This document shows, in pieces, positions 37,679 through 47,492 of a stretch of 64,000 nucleotides of DNA. The notes beneath the pieces were generated by a model. It was given only the letters and a program-made list of their open reading frames with translations, was not told where the DNA came from and ran no database searches. Both the position numbers and the translations under genes were made by a program. Positions within the stretch are counted from its first letter, which is position 1; every line of letters starts with the position of its first letter. The DNA comes from an uncultured Oscillospiraceae bacterium (GTDB taxonomy: Bacteria; Bacillota; Clostridia; Oscillospirales; Ruminococcaceae), in the NCBI GenBank assembly GCA_934465295.1, contig CAKSKU010000013.1, forward strand, positions 47 to 64,046, given 5' to 3'.

Positions 37679-38448
37679 TACTTTTCTCCCCCTCTTCCGA
37701 GATAGACCGCCTGAACGGTCTTGTCGGCAAGAACATCGTTTATGTCGCCCTCCATAAGAATTTTTCCCTCGTGGAGAACGGTAACCGTGTCAGCCGCCTG
37801 CTTTACAAAGTCCATATCGTGTTCGATCACGATAACGGTACATTCATCTTTTATCTTTTTGAGAATTTCACCCGTGCGGAACGTTTCGGGCTTGCCCATT
37901 CCTGCCGCAGGCTCGTCAAGCATTATTATCTCAGGCTTCTGAACGAGCTGCATACCAATTTCGAGCCACTGCTTCTGACCGTGTGCAAGACTTCCTGCAC
38001 GAACGTCCTTTTTGTCGAGAAGACCGACCTTTTCAAGCACTTCGTCAATGCTTTTCAGCTCCTCCTCGGACGGTTTTCCGAAAATCGAATCCATTATGCC
38101 CTTGTGACCCTTGAGCGAAAGTATCATATTGTCAAGCACCGTGAGGTTCACGAAAACGCTCGGCACCTGGAACTTCCTGCCGATACCCTCACGAACGATC
38201 TTGTACTCTTTCATTCCCGTCAAACGCATCGGCTCTCTGCCCTCGGGGTAATACATAATGTTTCCTGCGGTCGGCTTTGTCTTTGCGCAGATAATATCGA
38301 GAAGAGTTGTCTTTCCTGCGCCGTTCGGACCGATGAAAAAGTGTATCGTGTGCCTTTTTACATTTGTACGAACGTCCGTCAGAGCGTAAAATCCGTCAAA
38401 GCATACGGAAATATTTTTTATTTCAAGTACGTTTTCATTGCTTGTCAT
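37678..38448 (-). CDS. urtD: urea ABC transporter ATP-binding protein UrtD
   Basis: Walker A GPNGAGKTT and signature-region LAHGQKQ. 256 aa. Confidence 0.85.
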   Translation of the reverse strand: MTSNENVLEIKNISVCFDGFYALTDVRTNVKRHTIHFFIGPNGAGKTTLLDIICAKTKPTAGNIMYYPEGREPMRLTGMKEYKIVREGIGRKFQVPSVFVNLTVLDNMILSLKGHKGIMDSIFGKPSEEELKSIDEVLEKVGLLDKKDVRAGSLAHGQKQWLEIGMQLVQKPEIIMLDEPAAGMGKPETFRTGEILKKIKDECTVIVIEHDMDFVKQAADTVTVLHEGKILMEGDINDVLADKTVQAVYLGRGGEK

Positions 38449-38464
38449 ACTGCAAACATTCCTT

Positions 38465-39586
38465 TCATGCTTTTACTTTTTCAGCTTCGGCAGAAGTTTC
38501 CTCAGCCTTCGCCTTTTTGTTCTTTCTCGAAGCGATCATCTCGGGGAGCTGATCCTTTACGAATCCAACGATGCCGCCCTTGAAGAAGAGTATCGTTATG
38601 CAGAAAACTGCACCGATGATGTACTGCCAGATCTCAACCATTGCGCCCGAGCTGAGGTTGTATTCGCAAAGGTTGATGAGGAATGCACCGATAACTGCAC
38701 CGATGATAGTTCCTCTGCCGCCGATAGCTACCCAAATTACCATTGTGATGGAATAGGATATCGTCATCTGCGACGGTGTGATGCTGCCGTTGAAGTTTAC
38801 GAAAACTGCGCCTGCGACAGCTGCAATAACTGCGGATAAAACGTAAACGAACGTCTTGTAGCTGCTTACCCTGTAACCCGAGAAATATGTACGGTTCTCG
38901 CCGTCCCTTATTGCGATAAGGAGCTTGCCGAATTTTCTTCCTACAAGGAATTTGCAGAGCGCATAAACACCTATCATTACTGCGAGTGCAACATAGAAAA
39001 GCAGGAACATTCTGCTCTTGTTCGATTCGCCCTTGATACTGCCGAAAATAGATTTTATCTCGGTGATGCCGACATTTCCGTTCGTATAAGGCGAAAGTGC
39101 GATGAAGATCGAATACGCTGCCCAAGTGAGAGCCTGCGAAATAATTGAGAAGTAAACGCCTTTAACTCTGCTCTTGAAGATGAAGTAGCCGATAACGCCC
39201 GAAACAACTGCAGGGACAACGATTATCATTATCAGCGAGAGCGGCAGGTTAAGGAACGGCTTCCAGGCGAGCGGAAGCTCCGTAAGTCCGCCCGTGTGCA
39301 TAAAGTCGGTGATCTTTCCGCCCGTGCTCTGAAGCTTTAAGTACATTGCCATTGCGTAGCCGCCGAGTGCGAAGTAAAGTCCGTGACCGAGGCTAAGGAT
39401 CCCCGTATAGCCCCATATCAGGTCGATTCCCATTGCTGCGATTGCAAAGGCTGTGCATTTGCCGAGGAAAAGAACCGTTGAGCTGTTCATAAGTCCTGCG
39501 GAATACAGCAGCGGCATAACTGCAAGCACGACCGCTATAACGCCGAAGCAGATATTTGAACCCTGTTTTTTTATAAGCTTGTTCAT
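38465..39586 (-). CDS. urtC: urea ABC transporter permease UrtC
   Basis: 373-aa branched-chain-type (LivM-like) permease. Confidence 0.85.
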   Translation of the reverse strand: MNKLIKKQGSNICFGVIAVVLAVMPLLYSAGLMNSSTVLFLGKCTAFAIAAMGIDLIWGYTGILSLGHGLYFALGGYAMAMYLKLQSTGGKITDFMHTGGLTELPLAWKPFLNLPLSLIMIIVVPAVVSGVIGYFIFKSRVKGVYFSIISQALTWAAYSIFIALSPYTNGNVGITEIKSIFGSIKGESNKSRMFLLFYVALAVMIGVYALCKFLVGRKFGKLLIAIRDGENRTYFSGYRVSSYKTFVYVLSAVIAAVAGAVFVNFNGSITPSQMTISYSITMVIWVAIGGRGTIIGAVIGAFLINLCEYNLSSGAMVEIWQYIIGAVFCITILFFKGGIVGFVKDQLPEMIASRKNKKAKAEETSAEAEKVKA

Positions 39587-39603
39587 ATCTCATTCTCCTT
39601 TGG

Positions 39604-40509
39604 TTATTCGTCAAGGCTTCTGCTCTTGATAACGAACAGACCCTGCGGACGCTTCTGAAGAAATACAATAACGATAAGAAGCACGATAGCCTTTGCTATT
39701 GTAGATGAAGTGTAGTTTTCCGTGAAAATGCTTGCCGAACCGATTATCGTCGAGCCAAGCACCGTTCCCAAAAGCTTTCCTACGCCGCCGAGAACGACTG
39801 CCATAAACGAGTTTACGATGTAGCTCTGACCGACCGTTGAATCTATCGAACCGAGAAGTGCAATGGAGCAGCCTGCAATGCCTGCAAGACCCGAACCGAG
39901 CGCGAACGTGATGTTATCGACCTTTCGTGAGTTGATTCCCATACACTGTGCCATCGGTCTGTTCTGCATAACGGCTCTCATCTGCTTGCCGAAGTTCGAC
40001 TTGTACATTATTACCCAGACGATAAGCAGGCAAAGCAGAACCATAAACATAATGAAGATCCTGTTATATGAGAAAGTACAGCCGCCGACCGTTACGCCGC
40101 CTTGTAAAAATGACGGTGCGGTAACGTTAACGCCCTGCGTTCCGAAGATGCTTCGTGCCGCCTGCTGTAAGATAAGGCTGATGCCCCATGTTGCGAGCAG
40201 GCTGTCGATCTCTCTGCCGTAAAGCCTCTGAATGACGAATCTTTCAAGCAGACTTCCAAGCAGGAACGCCGTTCCGAATGCAACAGGGATAGATACTATA
40301 TAGTAAATATCTCTCACGCTTTCGGGAAAAACAGCAGCAAATATCTGCTGTGTAACATAAGTCATATATGCGCCTATCATAACGAATTCGCCGTGCGCCA
40401 TATTGATAACTCTCATAAGTCCGAATGTGACTGCAAGACCTATCGAGGTCAGCAGGATTATCGAACTCAAACTTAATCCGTTAAACAATGTTGATATGAA
40501 CTGTGCCAT
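39604..40509 (-). CDS. urtB: urea ABC transporter permease UrtB
   Basis: LivH-like permease. Start at MAQFISTLFNG. Confidence 0.85.
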   Translation of the reverse strand: MAQFISTLFNGLSLSSIILLTSIGLAVTFGLMRVINMAHGEFVMIGAYMTYVTQQIFAAVFPESVRDIYYIVSIPVAFGTAFLLGSLLERFVIQRLYGREIDSLLATWGISLILQQAARSIFGTQGVNVTAPSFLQGGVTVGGCTFSYNRIFIMFMVLLCLLIVWVIMYKSNFGKQMRAVMQNRPMAQCMGINSRKVDNITFALGSGLAGIAGCSIALLGSIDSTVGQSYIVNSFMAVVLGGVGKLLGTVLGSTIIGSASIFTENYTSSTIAKAIVLLIVIVFLQKRPQGLFVIKSRSLDE

Positions 40510-40540
40510 ACAGATCGTCCTTTCGTGGGAAATATTTTGA

Positions 40541-40586
40541 GTACCCGTGTAAAAAAGCGTCTGCCGCTTTCTTACACGGGTACTCA
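40541..40586 (-). other. intercistronic stem-loop between urtA and urtB
   Basis: 14-bp perfect stem GAGTACCCGTGTAA / TTACACGGGTACTC. Confidence 0.6.
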
Positions 40587-40625
40587 AGCGGATCGCCGTG
40601 AACCGCCTAAGTGCCCAAGTTTTAT

Positions 40626-41906
40626 TTATTCGATAGGCTGGATTCCTGCTTCAACTGCCCAATCATATGTTGTAAGATATGGATCGGGGTCAACAGCTGT
40701 CGGAGTTGAGTAAACTTCGTAGATAAGTCCGTCATCTCTGATCTCGCCGATTCTTACAGGCTTTGTGAGGTGCTGGTTTGTACCGTTGATAGTAACTGTT
40801 CCCTCGGGAGCGTTGAACGAAATATCTCCGCCGGAAATTGCTTCTTTTACAGCGTCAACATCGAAGCTTCCTGCTTTTTCGCAAGCTGCTTTCCAGAGGT
40901 AAACCGCATCGTAAGCTGCTTCAGCAGGGTCGGAGGTTACTCTTGATTCGCCGAACTTAGCCTTGTAAGCTTCAACGAAAGCCTTGTTTTCGGGTGTATC
41001 GGTTGTTTCGTAGTAGTTCCATGAAACCATGTGACCCTTGAGGATATCAGCACCGATAGTTGCAACCTCTTCCTCTGCGATAGAGAACGACATTGTAGGA
41101 TATTCTGCGCTTGTGTAGTTCTTTTCAGCCATCTGCTTGAAGAACGAAACATTGCCCGTGCCGTTAAGTGTGTTGATGATGATCTCAGGCTGTGCAGCTT
41201 CGATCTTGGAGATGATAGCTGCGAAATCGGTCTGATCCATATCGGCATATTCTTCACCGACTACCTCGCCGCCTGCTGCCTTGACCTGCGCTGTGATGAT
41301 CATATTCGCTGTTCTCGGGAAAACGTAGTCCGAACCGAGGAGGAAGAACTTCTTGTAACCCTTATCGAGAAGATACTCGATTGCGGGAACGATCTGCTGG
41401 TTTGGTGCAGCGCCCGTATAAACGATGTTCGGTGACTGCTCCATGCCCTCATACTGAACGGGATACCAGAGAAGTGCGTTGTAATCCTCAAATACAGGCT
41501 TTACAGCCTTTCTGGAGGAAGATGTCCAGCAGCCGAATACTGTTGCGACCTTTTCGCTGTCTATAAGCTTTTCAGCCTTTGTTGCGAAGGTTGAAGGTTC
41601 GGAAGCGCCGTCCTCTTCAACGTAAACGATCTGCTTTCCGAGGACACCGCCTGCGGCATTTATCTCATCGATCGCAAGGACCTCCGCATCTCTTACTGCC
41701 TTTTCGCTGATCGCCATTGAACCTGTCAGCGAGTGAAGAAGTCCGACCTTGACGGTATCATCTCCGCTTGCTGCTGCGGCAGATGTTGTTCCGTCCGTGG
41801 AAGAACCACTGTCCGATGCTGTACTTCCGCAGCCTGCCAATGTCATTGCGAACATTGCCATAGATGCTGCAAGTGCTGCGATCTTTCTTAAACTAACCTT
41901 TTTCAT
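40626..41906 (-). CDS. urtA: urea ABC transporter substrate-binding lipoprotein UrtA
   Basis: Lipobox TLAGCGS and the LHSLTGSMAISE motif typical of UrtA. SD AAAGGAGAA. Confidence 0.85.
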   Translation of the reverse strand: MKKVSLRKIAALAASMAMFAMTLAGCGSTASDSGSSTDGTTSAAAASGDDTVKVGLLHSLTGSMAISEKAVRDAEVLAIDEINAAGGVLGKQIVYVEEDGASEPSTFATKAEKLIDSEKVATVFGCWTSSSRKAVKPVFEDYNALLWYPVQYEGMEQSPNIVYTGAAPNQQIVPAIEYLLDKGYKKFFLLGSDYVFPRTANMIITAQVKAAGGEVVGEEYADMDQTDFAAIISKIEAAQPEIIINTLNGTGNVSFFKQMAEKNYTSAEYPTMSFSIAEEEVATIGADILKGHMVSWNYYETTDTPENKAFVEAYKAKFGESRVTSDPAEAAYDAVYLWKAACEKAGSFDVDAVKEAISGGDISFNAPEGTVTINGTNQHLTKPVRIGEIRDDGLIYEVYSTPTAVDPDPYLTTYDWAVEAGIQPIE

Positions 41907-41993
41907 AATCATTCTCCTTTTTCCTTTTTTGCAAATATAAAAAGCCGACACAAAGCATATCAATGCTTCGTATCGGCTCCATTGCCGTATTGT

Positions 41994-42686
41994 TTAAATG
42001 AGCTTCAGGGCTTCAAGTGCCTTCTCGTTCTCGACTGTACCCTTTTTTTCAAGGATATCATCGCCGAATTTGATTTTCAGGTACTCAATGATAAGCTCTG
42101 CGCATCTGTCCCTGCCTATCCTTGCGGTATTGAGGGTCATATCATAAAGTACGGGGTTCGTCCAGACCTCGCCGCCAGTGTAGTATTTGTAGTAATCCGC
42201 ACGGTATCGGTCGGTCTGATAAATGAGCTTGTGAGCTTCGTCCTCGGTAACTCCGAGAAGATTTGTTATCGACTCCACACATTCCTTTCGGGGTGCTTCA
42301 ACGTAAACACTGACGACATTGTCATAGTCACGAAGAACATGATTTGCGCACTTTCCGATAATGATGCAGGACTGATTTTTTCCAAGCTCCCTGATTATCT
42401 TCGCCTGAATATTGTAAAGATTTACGTCGGAAATGAAGCTTTTCTCGGTCGGCTGAACTATCTCATCGGTGTTCGGAGTCCGCATGAGCCTTTTCAGAAG
42501 ATGATAGCCTCTCAGCTTTTCATCGACCTGAACGAAAAGATCCTTGCTTATTCCGCTGTAATTTGAAGCCATTGCAAGTATCTGGCTGTCATAGCACGGA
42601 ATACCGAGCTGCTTTGAAAGAGCCATTCCGATATGCTTTCCTCCGCTTCCGAAGCCTCTCGCTATGGTAATAACATAACTGTCCAT
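41994..42686 (-). CDS. cytidylate kinase-like family protein
   Basis: P-loop-like ARGFGSGGKHIG. 230 aa. Confidence 0.65.
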   Translation of the reverse strand: MDSYVITIARGFGSGGKHIGMALSKQLGIPCYDSQILAMASNYSGISKDLFVQVDEKLRGYHLLKRLMRTPNTDEIVQPTEKSFISDVNLYNIQAKIIRELGKNQSCIIIGKCANHVLRDYDNVVSVYVEAPRKECVESITNLLGVTEDEAHKLIYQTDRYRADYYKYYTGGEVWTNPVLYDMTLNTARIGRDRCAELIIEYLKIKFGDDILEKKGTVENEKALEALKLI

Positions 42687-42905
42687 TTCGGTCGCTCCCC
42701 TTTCACTTTCCTTTGTTGTGATTAAATTATAGCACGGTGTTCTTGAATATGCTACATTAATTTGCAGATATTTTACCTGTATTTTCAGAGCTTTTAATTT
42801 AATTATGAAATTATGTTAATTCAGAAATTCATTTTGTTCATATTTATAAATGCAAAAAGGCATAAAAATGACCGCTTCACACTGCCGTGAGCGGTCGTAT
42901 CTATA

Positions 42906-43664
42906 TTAATTTAGTGAAGCCTTGTATTCCGACGGAGTAACGCCCGTCACCTCTTTGAATTTTTTCGTGAAATAATCGGGGTCGGCAAACCCGAGCTTCT
43001 CGGAAATTTCATAAGTCCGAAGCGTTCCCTTTTCCAAAAGTGACTTTGCAAACTCGATCCGCAGACGGCTGTAAAACTCGCCGAACGTTATCCCCGTCTC
43101 TTTTATGAAGCATTTGCCAAAATAATCCTTGTTGAGGTTCATAAACTCGGCAGCGTCGCTCATCGTCACGAATTGGTAGATATTATCGCACAAATACGCC
43201 GAAACTGTGCGTATAAACCTGCTCTCCGAGCCTTTTCCGATGCTTTTGAGGACATTTTCCGCCTGTTCGCACAAGTCGTCGCCCCTTTTCGCATCAAGCC
43301 GAGCCTTCACCGCCGAAAGCATCTGCGAAAGCTCCCTTTCGTCCGCAGGCTTCAATATGTAGTCGAGAACGCCGAGCCTCATTCCCTTTCGTGCCGCTTC
43401 AAAATCGGGGCGCTGGCTGAAAAATACCACGCAAGTGCCGCTGTACAGCCGCTTTATCTCCTGCGCAAGTCTTATCCCGTCAAGCTGGGGACGGTTCACC
43501 TCCGTCAGAACGAGATCGGCACCGTTCTTTTTGAGAAAATCGGCAGCCTGCCGCTCGGTCTGCACCGCCGCAGCGACCTCGAAGCCAAATTTTCCCCATA
43601 TTTCCATATTCATATATCTTACGCCCTGATAATAGTCATCATCTGCGATAAGAATACTGTACAT
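42906..43664 (-). CDS. orphan response regulator with AraC-type HTH (YesN-like), Glu at the phospho-acceptor position
   Basis: Receiver domain with ADDD and LKP. It reads LVLTEVNRP where YesN-type proteins have xxxTDxRMP. The C-terminus is an AraC HTH. No kinase gene is adjacent. Confidence 0.75.
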   Translation of the reverse strand: MYSILIADDDYYQGVRYMNMEIWGKFGFEVAAAVQTERQAADFLKKNGADLVLTEVNRPQLDGIRLAQEIKRLYSGTCVVFFSQRPDFEAARKGMRLGVLDYILKPADERELSQMLSAVKARLDAKRGDDLCEQAENVLKSIGKGSESRFIRTVSAYLCDNIYQFVTMSDAAEFMNLNKDYFGKCFIKETGITFGEFYSRLRIEFAKSLLEKGTLRTYEISEKLGFADPDYFTKKFKEVTGVTPSEYKASLN

Positions 43665-43734
43665 TGCGATACTTCCTTTTTTCGGTATGTTTTGTATGCA
43701 TTATACCACATCAAAAGAAGTTTTGCAATTAAAA

Positions 43735-43822
43735 ATTGATAATTGACGATAGATAATTGATAATTGATAATTGATAATTGATAATTGATAATTGATAATT
43801 TTTTCGGGGAACAAAATGTACA
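43735..43822. repeat. array of nine 7-bp units (ATTGATA) plus conserved 25-nt tail
   Basis: 43735-43797 holds 9 heptamers, 7 of them perfect. The tail is ATTTTTTCGGGGAACAAAATGTACA (43798-43822). Confidence 0.9.
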
Positions 43823-43919
43823 TAGTGATTATGGTAACTACAAGTGAAAAAGCGTTCCTTACAATAGCTTATTAATGATCTGACAAAAATTAAATTACTC
43901 GTTGATATACCGTGTCACC

Positions 43920-44603
43920 TTATGCAAATATCTTTCCAAGCTCCTCAAAGCTTTCCGCAGAAGCCGCAATAAGACCTTCATCGGAAATACTGCCGAAGCC
44001 GTAAGCCGCATGAACGAACGGTACAGCCGCCTTGAACGAAGCTGTGCAGTCACCGTCGGTATCACCGACATAAGCCGCACTTATACAGCCGTGCTTTTCC
44101 ATAAGCAGACGTATCGTTATGCTCTTCTGAACTCCCGTATCGCCCCAGCAGAGAAAACCCGAGAAGAATTTTCCGAAACCGCTTGCCTGCAAAAATGCCT
44201 CGATATAGCCTTTCTGGCAATTGCTGACGATAAAAAGCCTATGCTTTTCCGAAAGTGATTTCAGCACAGCCTCCTCGTTCCCGTAAAGCCTACCGCCATA
44301 CTCCGCAACATATTCATTTTCCGTCTGCATACACTTGTCAAGAAGCTTCATCTGCCTGTCCTCGGGCAGCATCGGGAAGAAGTGCCGTGCAAGCTCGTCC
44401 ATCGGCTTTCCCATCGCACGGCGAAGCTCCTCCCCCGTTATCTCAACGCCGTCAAGACAAGGGATATCAGCGTTCTTCACCGCAATATTCCACGAAGCGG
44501 CAACATTGTCCGCACTGTCCCACAGCGTTCCGTCAAGGTCAAAAATTATGCTTTCAACATCAATTCTGTTCATTTTTTCCGGCTTTTCCTTTCGGTGGAT
44601 CAT
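43920..44603 (-). CDS. HAD family hydrolase (phosphatase)
   Basis: DLDGTLWDS motif I and GDTDGD motif IV. The start may be the internal ATG at 44573. Confidence 0.8.
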   Translation of the reverse strand: MIHRKEKPEKMNRIDVESIIFDLDGTLWDSADNVAASWNIAVKNADIPCLDGVEITGEELRRAMGKPMDELARHFFPMLPEDRQMKLLDKCMQTENEYVAEYGGRLYGNEEAVLKSLSEKHRLFIVSNCQKGYIEAFLQASGFGKFFSGFLCWGDTGVQKSITIRLLMEKHGCISAAYVGDTDGDCTASFKAAVPFVHAAYGFGSISDEGLIAASAESFEELGKIFA

Positions 44604-45378
44604 TATCCAATCGTGACTTCAGCAGCTTTATCCCGAGAATGATATCGTTCGTGTAAGCCGCAGCATATTCAATAGTCCTGTCGGCGTTCGGCGCAGACCT
44701 TTTTATCGCCTCAAAAATGCCGTTCCAGTCAGCCGTGCCGCTCTCTATCGGCGAGTGACTGTCGCTCGCACCGTCATTATCGTGAAAATGGAATCCGACT
44801 ATCCTCTTTCCGAGCTTGTTTATCAGCGCAGGGATATCCCAGCCGTTCGCATTCGCATGACCGATATCAACGAGAAAACCGATATCCTTATTTTCCGCAA
44901 GCGAAACAAAATCGGCATAGTCCGCAACAAGGCTGTTGTTGAAGCTGAAACCGACATTCTCAACTGCGATCTTCAAGCCGTGATCTTCCGCCGCTTCCGA
45001 GATAAGCCCCATGCGTTCGGACAGAATAGCCCTCTGCGCAGCGATCTCCTCATAGCTTCTCGGAGAAAGACTGTTCGTGTGGATAACGACATACTCCGCA
45101 CCGAGCTTTTCCGCAAGCGCAAAGCATTCCTTGTACTTTTCGAGCGTGTATTTAAGCTCCGATGAACCCTTCGGCGCAAGCAGACAGCAGCCCTCAATCG
45201 GACAGTGCATACCAAGCCTTATCCCGTTCAGAAAACGCCTGTAAGCCTTAGCCTTATGGAAAGGGATATTGTCATAAAAAAGCTCTAAACCGACATCTTC
45301 AAGCTTGTTTTTCTTTAACTCATCGGCGAGATCAACAAGCTTTTTTCCGCCGAGAGGATATGTGCTGATATTATACAT
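44560..45378 (-). CDS. sugar phosphate isomerase/epimerase (xylose isomerase-like TIM barrel)
   Basis: AP-endonuclease-2/TIM barrel pattern (VVIHTN..., ENVG, HFHDND). SD AAGGAGG. Confidence 0.75.
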   Translation of the reverse strand: MYNISTYPLGGKKLVDLADELKKNKLEDVGLELFYDNIPFHKAKAYRRFLNGIRLGMHCPIEGCCLLAPKGSSELKYTLEKYKECFALAEKLGAEYVVIHTNSLSPRSYEEIAAQRAILSERMGLISEAAEDHGLKIAVENVGFSFNNSLVADYADFVSLAENKDIGFLVDIGHANANGWDIPALINKLGKRIVGFHFHDNDGASDSHSPIESGTADWNGIFEAIKRSAPNADRTIEYAAAYTNDIILGIKLLKSRLDNDPPKGKAGKNEQN

Positions 45379-45388
45379 TTTGTCCTCC

Positions 45389-46312
45389 TTATTTGATACC
45401 CGAAGTTGCAAAGCTCTGCATAAACTGCTTCTGGAAGATGATGAAAATTATGAGCAAAGGCGCAACAACAATAAGCGTAGCCGCACAGGCAGCACTCCAG
45501 TTTGCTCCCGTCTCGGCTGACATCGCAAAAATAGCAAGACCGAGCGTGAGCGGACGCTTGCTCTCCGAGTTTATCATTACGAGCGGCCAGAGGAAGTTGT
45601 TCCACTGGTACGAAGCGGAAACAAGCCCGAATGCGATGTAAACAGGCTTTAAAAGCGGAACATATATCGAGGTGAGCATACGCAGCTTTCCGCAGCCGTC
45701 GATCTTTGCGGCTTCTTCAAGCTCATACGGGATCGTCTTGACCGTCTGGCGCATCATAAGAATGCCCATCGCCGAAGCGAAAAACGGCAGTATAACACCT
45801 ATCCTTGTGTCGGAAAGTCCAAGACTGCTGATGAACTTGTAGTTCGGCATAATGAGAACGTCCGCCGATACCATCATCTGCGTGAGAAAAAGCATAAAGA
45901 GAACGTTTTTCCCGTAAAAATCGATCCTCGCAAAAGCATATCCCGCAAGCGTTATCGATATGAACTGCACGAAAAGCACAGCCGCCACCATTAAGATAGT
46001 GTTAACATAATACTGCCCGAACGGCGCAGAATCGAGGATAGCTTTCACATTATCGAACGTGAGTGCAGAGATGTGAAAAAGCTTGAGTGCATCCGACTGC
46101 GGGACGAGCGCAGTTTTCACGAGCCATATAAACGGAACGAGCGTAACGACCGCAAACGCAAACATTACTATATAGGATATCACAACGAACGGCGTTATCT
46201 CGAATTTCTTCATCGGCTGAGCCTTTTCCGCTTCACGCTCGGCTCTCATTTCACGCAAGCGCTCCGAAATGCGTATCGATAGCGGCTTAACCGCTGTTTT
46301 TTCATTTGACAT
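45389..46312 (-). CDS. carbohydrate ABC transporter permease (MalG-like)
   Basis: EAA loop (EEAAKIDGCGKLRML). Start behind AAGGAG. Confidence 0.85.
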   Translation of the reverse strand: MSNEKTAVKPLSIRISERLREMRAEREAEKAQPMKKFEITPFVVISYIVMFAFAVVTLVPFIWLVKTALVPQSDALKLFHISALTFDNVKAILDSAPFGQYYVNTILMVAAVLFVQFISITLAGYAFARIDFYGKNVLFMLFLTQMMVSADVLIMPNYKFISSLGLSDTRIGVILPFFASAMGILMMRQTVKTIPYELEEAAKIDGCGKLRMLTSIYVPLLKPVYIAFGLVSASYQWNNFLWPLVMINSESKRPLTLGLAIFAMSAETGANWSAACAATLIVVAPLLIIFIIFQKQFMQSFATSGIK

Positions 46313-46325
46313 AAGATCATACTCC

Positions 46326-47258
46326 TTAACTGTAAAAAGTGTTCCTGTCCTGCACAAAGAACTGAACTCCCGTGATGATGAGCAGCATTGCAACGAGAAC
46401 GACCGTAATTGCAGAGGCTCTGCCTGCGTCCCAGAAATCAAAGCCCGTCTGGAAAATGTAGTAGAGAAGCATATTCGTGGTGTTGTTCGGACCGCCCTTT
46501 GTCATAATGTAAAGGTGATCTACCATTTTATAAGCGTTCGTGAGCGAGATTATCGAAACATATATCGTCGTCGGGCGGAGCATCGGCCACGTTATCGAGC
46601 GGAACACCTGCATCGGTGAAGCACCGTCCAGCTTTGCGGCTTCGTACAGTTCCTCCGAAATGCCCTGCAAACCCGAAATGTAAAATATCATCAGATAGCC
46701 TGCCTGCTTCCAGATAAGCATCACGATAATGCCCCATATAGCCGTTTTGGGGTCGGAAAGCACACGCAGGTTCGAGCCGAGCTGTCCGAGAAGTCCGTAG
46801 CTCGGCGTGTAGATGAAAAGCCAAATATTCGCAACCGCTACCATCGGCAGGATAGTCGGGTAAAAGAACGCTGTTCGTGCGAAGCCTTTGCCGAAGCGTA
46901 TCTTGTCTGTGAAAACAGCCATTGCGACCGACAGTGCGATGCTCACGGGAACGGTCACTGCAGCTATAAGCAGATTATTTTTGAACGACTGTATAAAAAC
47001 AGCATCATTCGCAAGCCCCGTATAGTTTTTCAAGCCGATGAACTGCGGAGTTATCACCGAAAGGTTGTCCTTGAAAAAGCTTGACCATATACTGTTTCCT
47101 ATCGGATAAAGCGTAAACATTACAAGAAATATGAACGCAGGCAAAAGCATTGCATAAGCGATAAAGGAGTTCCTGACTTTGCGTTTTCTGTCGGCTTTTG
47201 TGAGAACGATCTTTTCCTTTTTCGTTTTTTTCGTGCGTCCGGGAGTTTTTTCTGACAT
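46326..47258 (-). CDS. carbohydrate ABC transporter permease (MalF-like)
   Basis: EAA loop (YEAAKLDGASPMQVFRSIT). 310 aa. Confidence 0.85.
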   Translation of the reverse strand: MSEKTPGRTKKTKKEKIVLTKADRKRKVRNSFIAYAMLLPAFIFLVMFTLYPIGNSIWSSFFKDNLSVITPQFIGLKNYTGLANDAVFIQSFKNNLLIAAVTVPVSIALSVAMAVFTDKIRFGKGFARTAFFYPTILPMVAVANIWLFIYTPSYGLLGQLGSNLRVLSDPKTAIWGIIVMLIWKQAGYLMIFYISGLQGISEELYEAAKLDGASPMQVFRSITWPMLRPTTIYVSIISLTNAYKMVDHLYIMTKGGPNNTTNMLLYYIFQTGFDFWDAGRASAITVVLVAMLLIITGVQFFVQDRNTFYS

Positions 47259-47492
47259 ATATCGACCAACTTTCAAAAAGTGTAATACTTTGCAGAAAAC
47301 GCCGACATTGACGCGGTAATTTCTACCGTAGCAATTATCAGCGTTTCCCAAAAGGAGAGATTATGAAAAATTCAAAAGGGGGGGATCATTTGAAACTCGC
47401 AGTATCTATCTGCGAACTATTGGAAGAATACCGCTCGGTGACGGTACTCTTTCCGATATGTTTAAAGGAAGAATTTAAGAGAAAGGGAGGTT

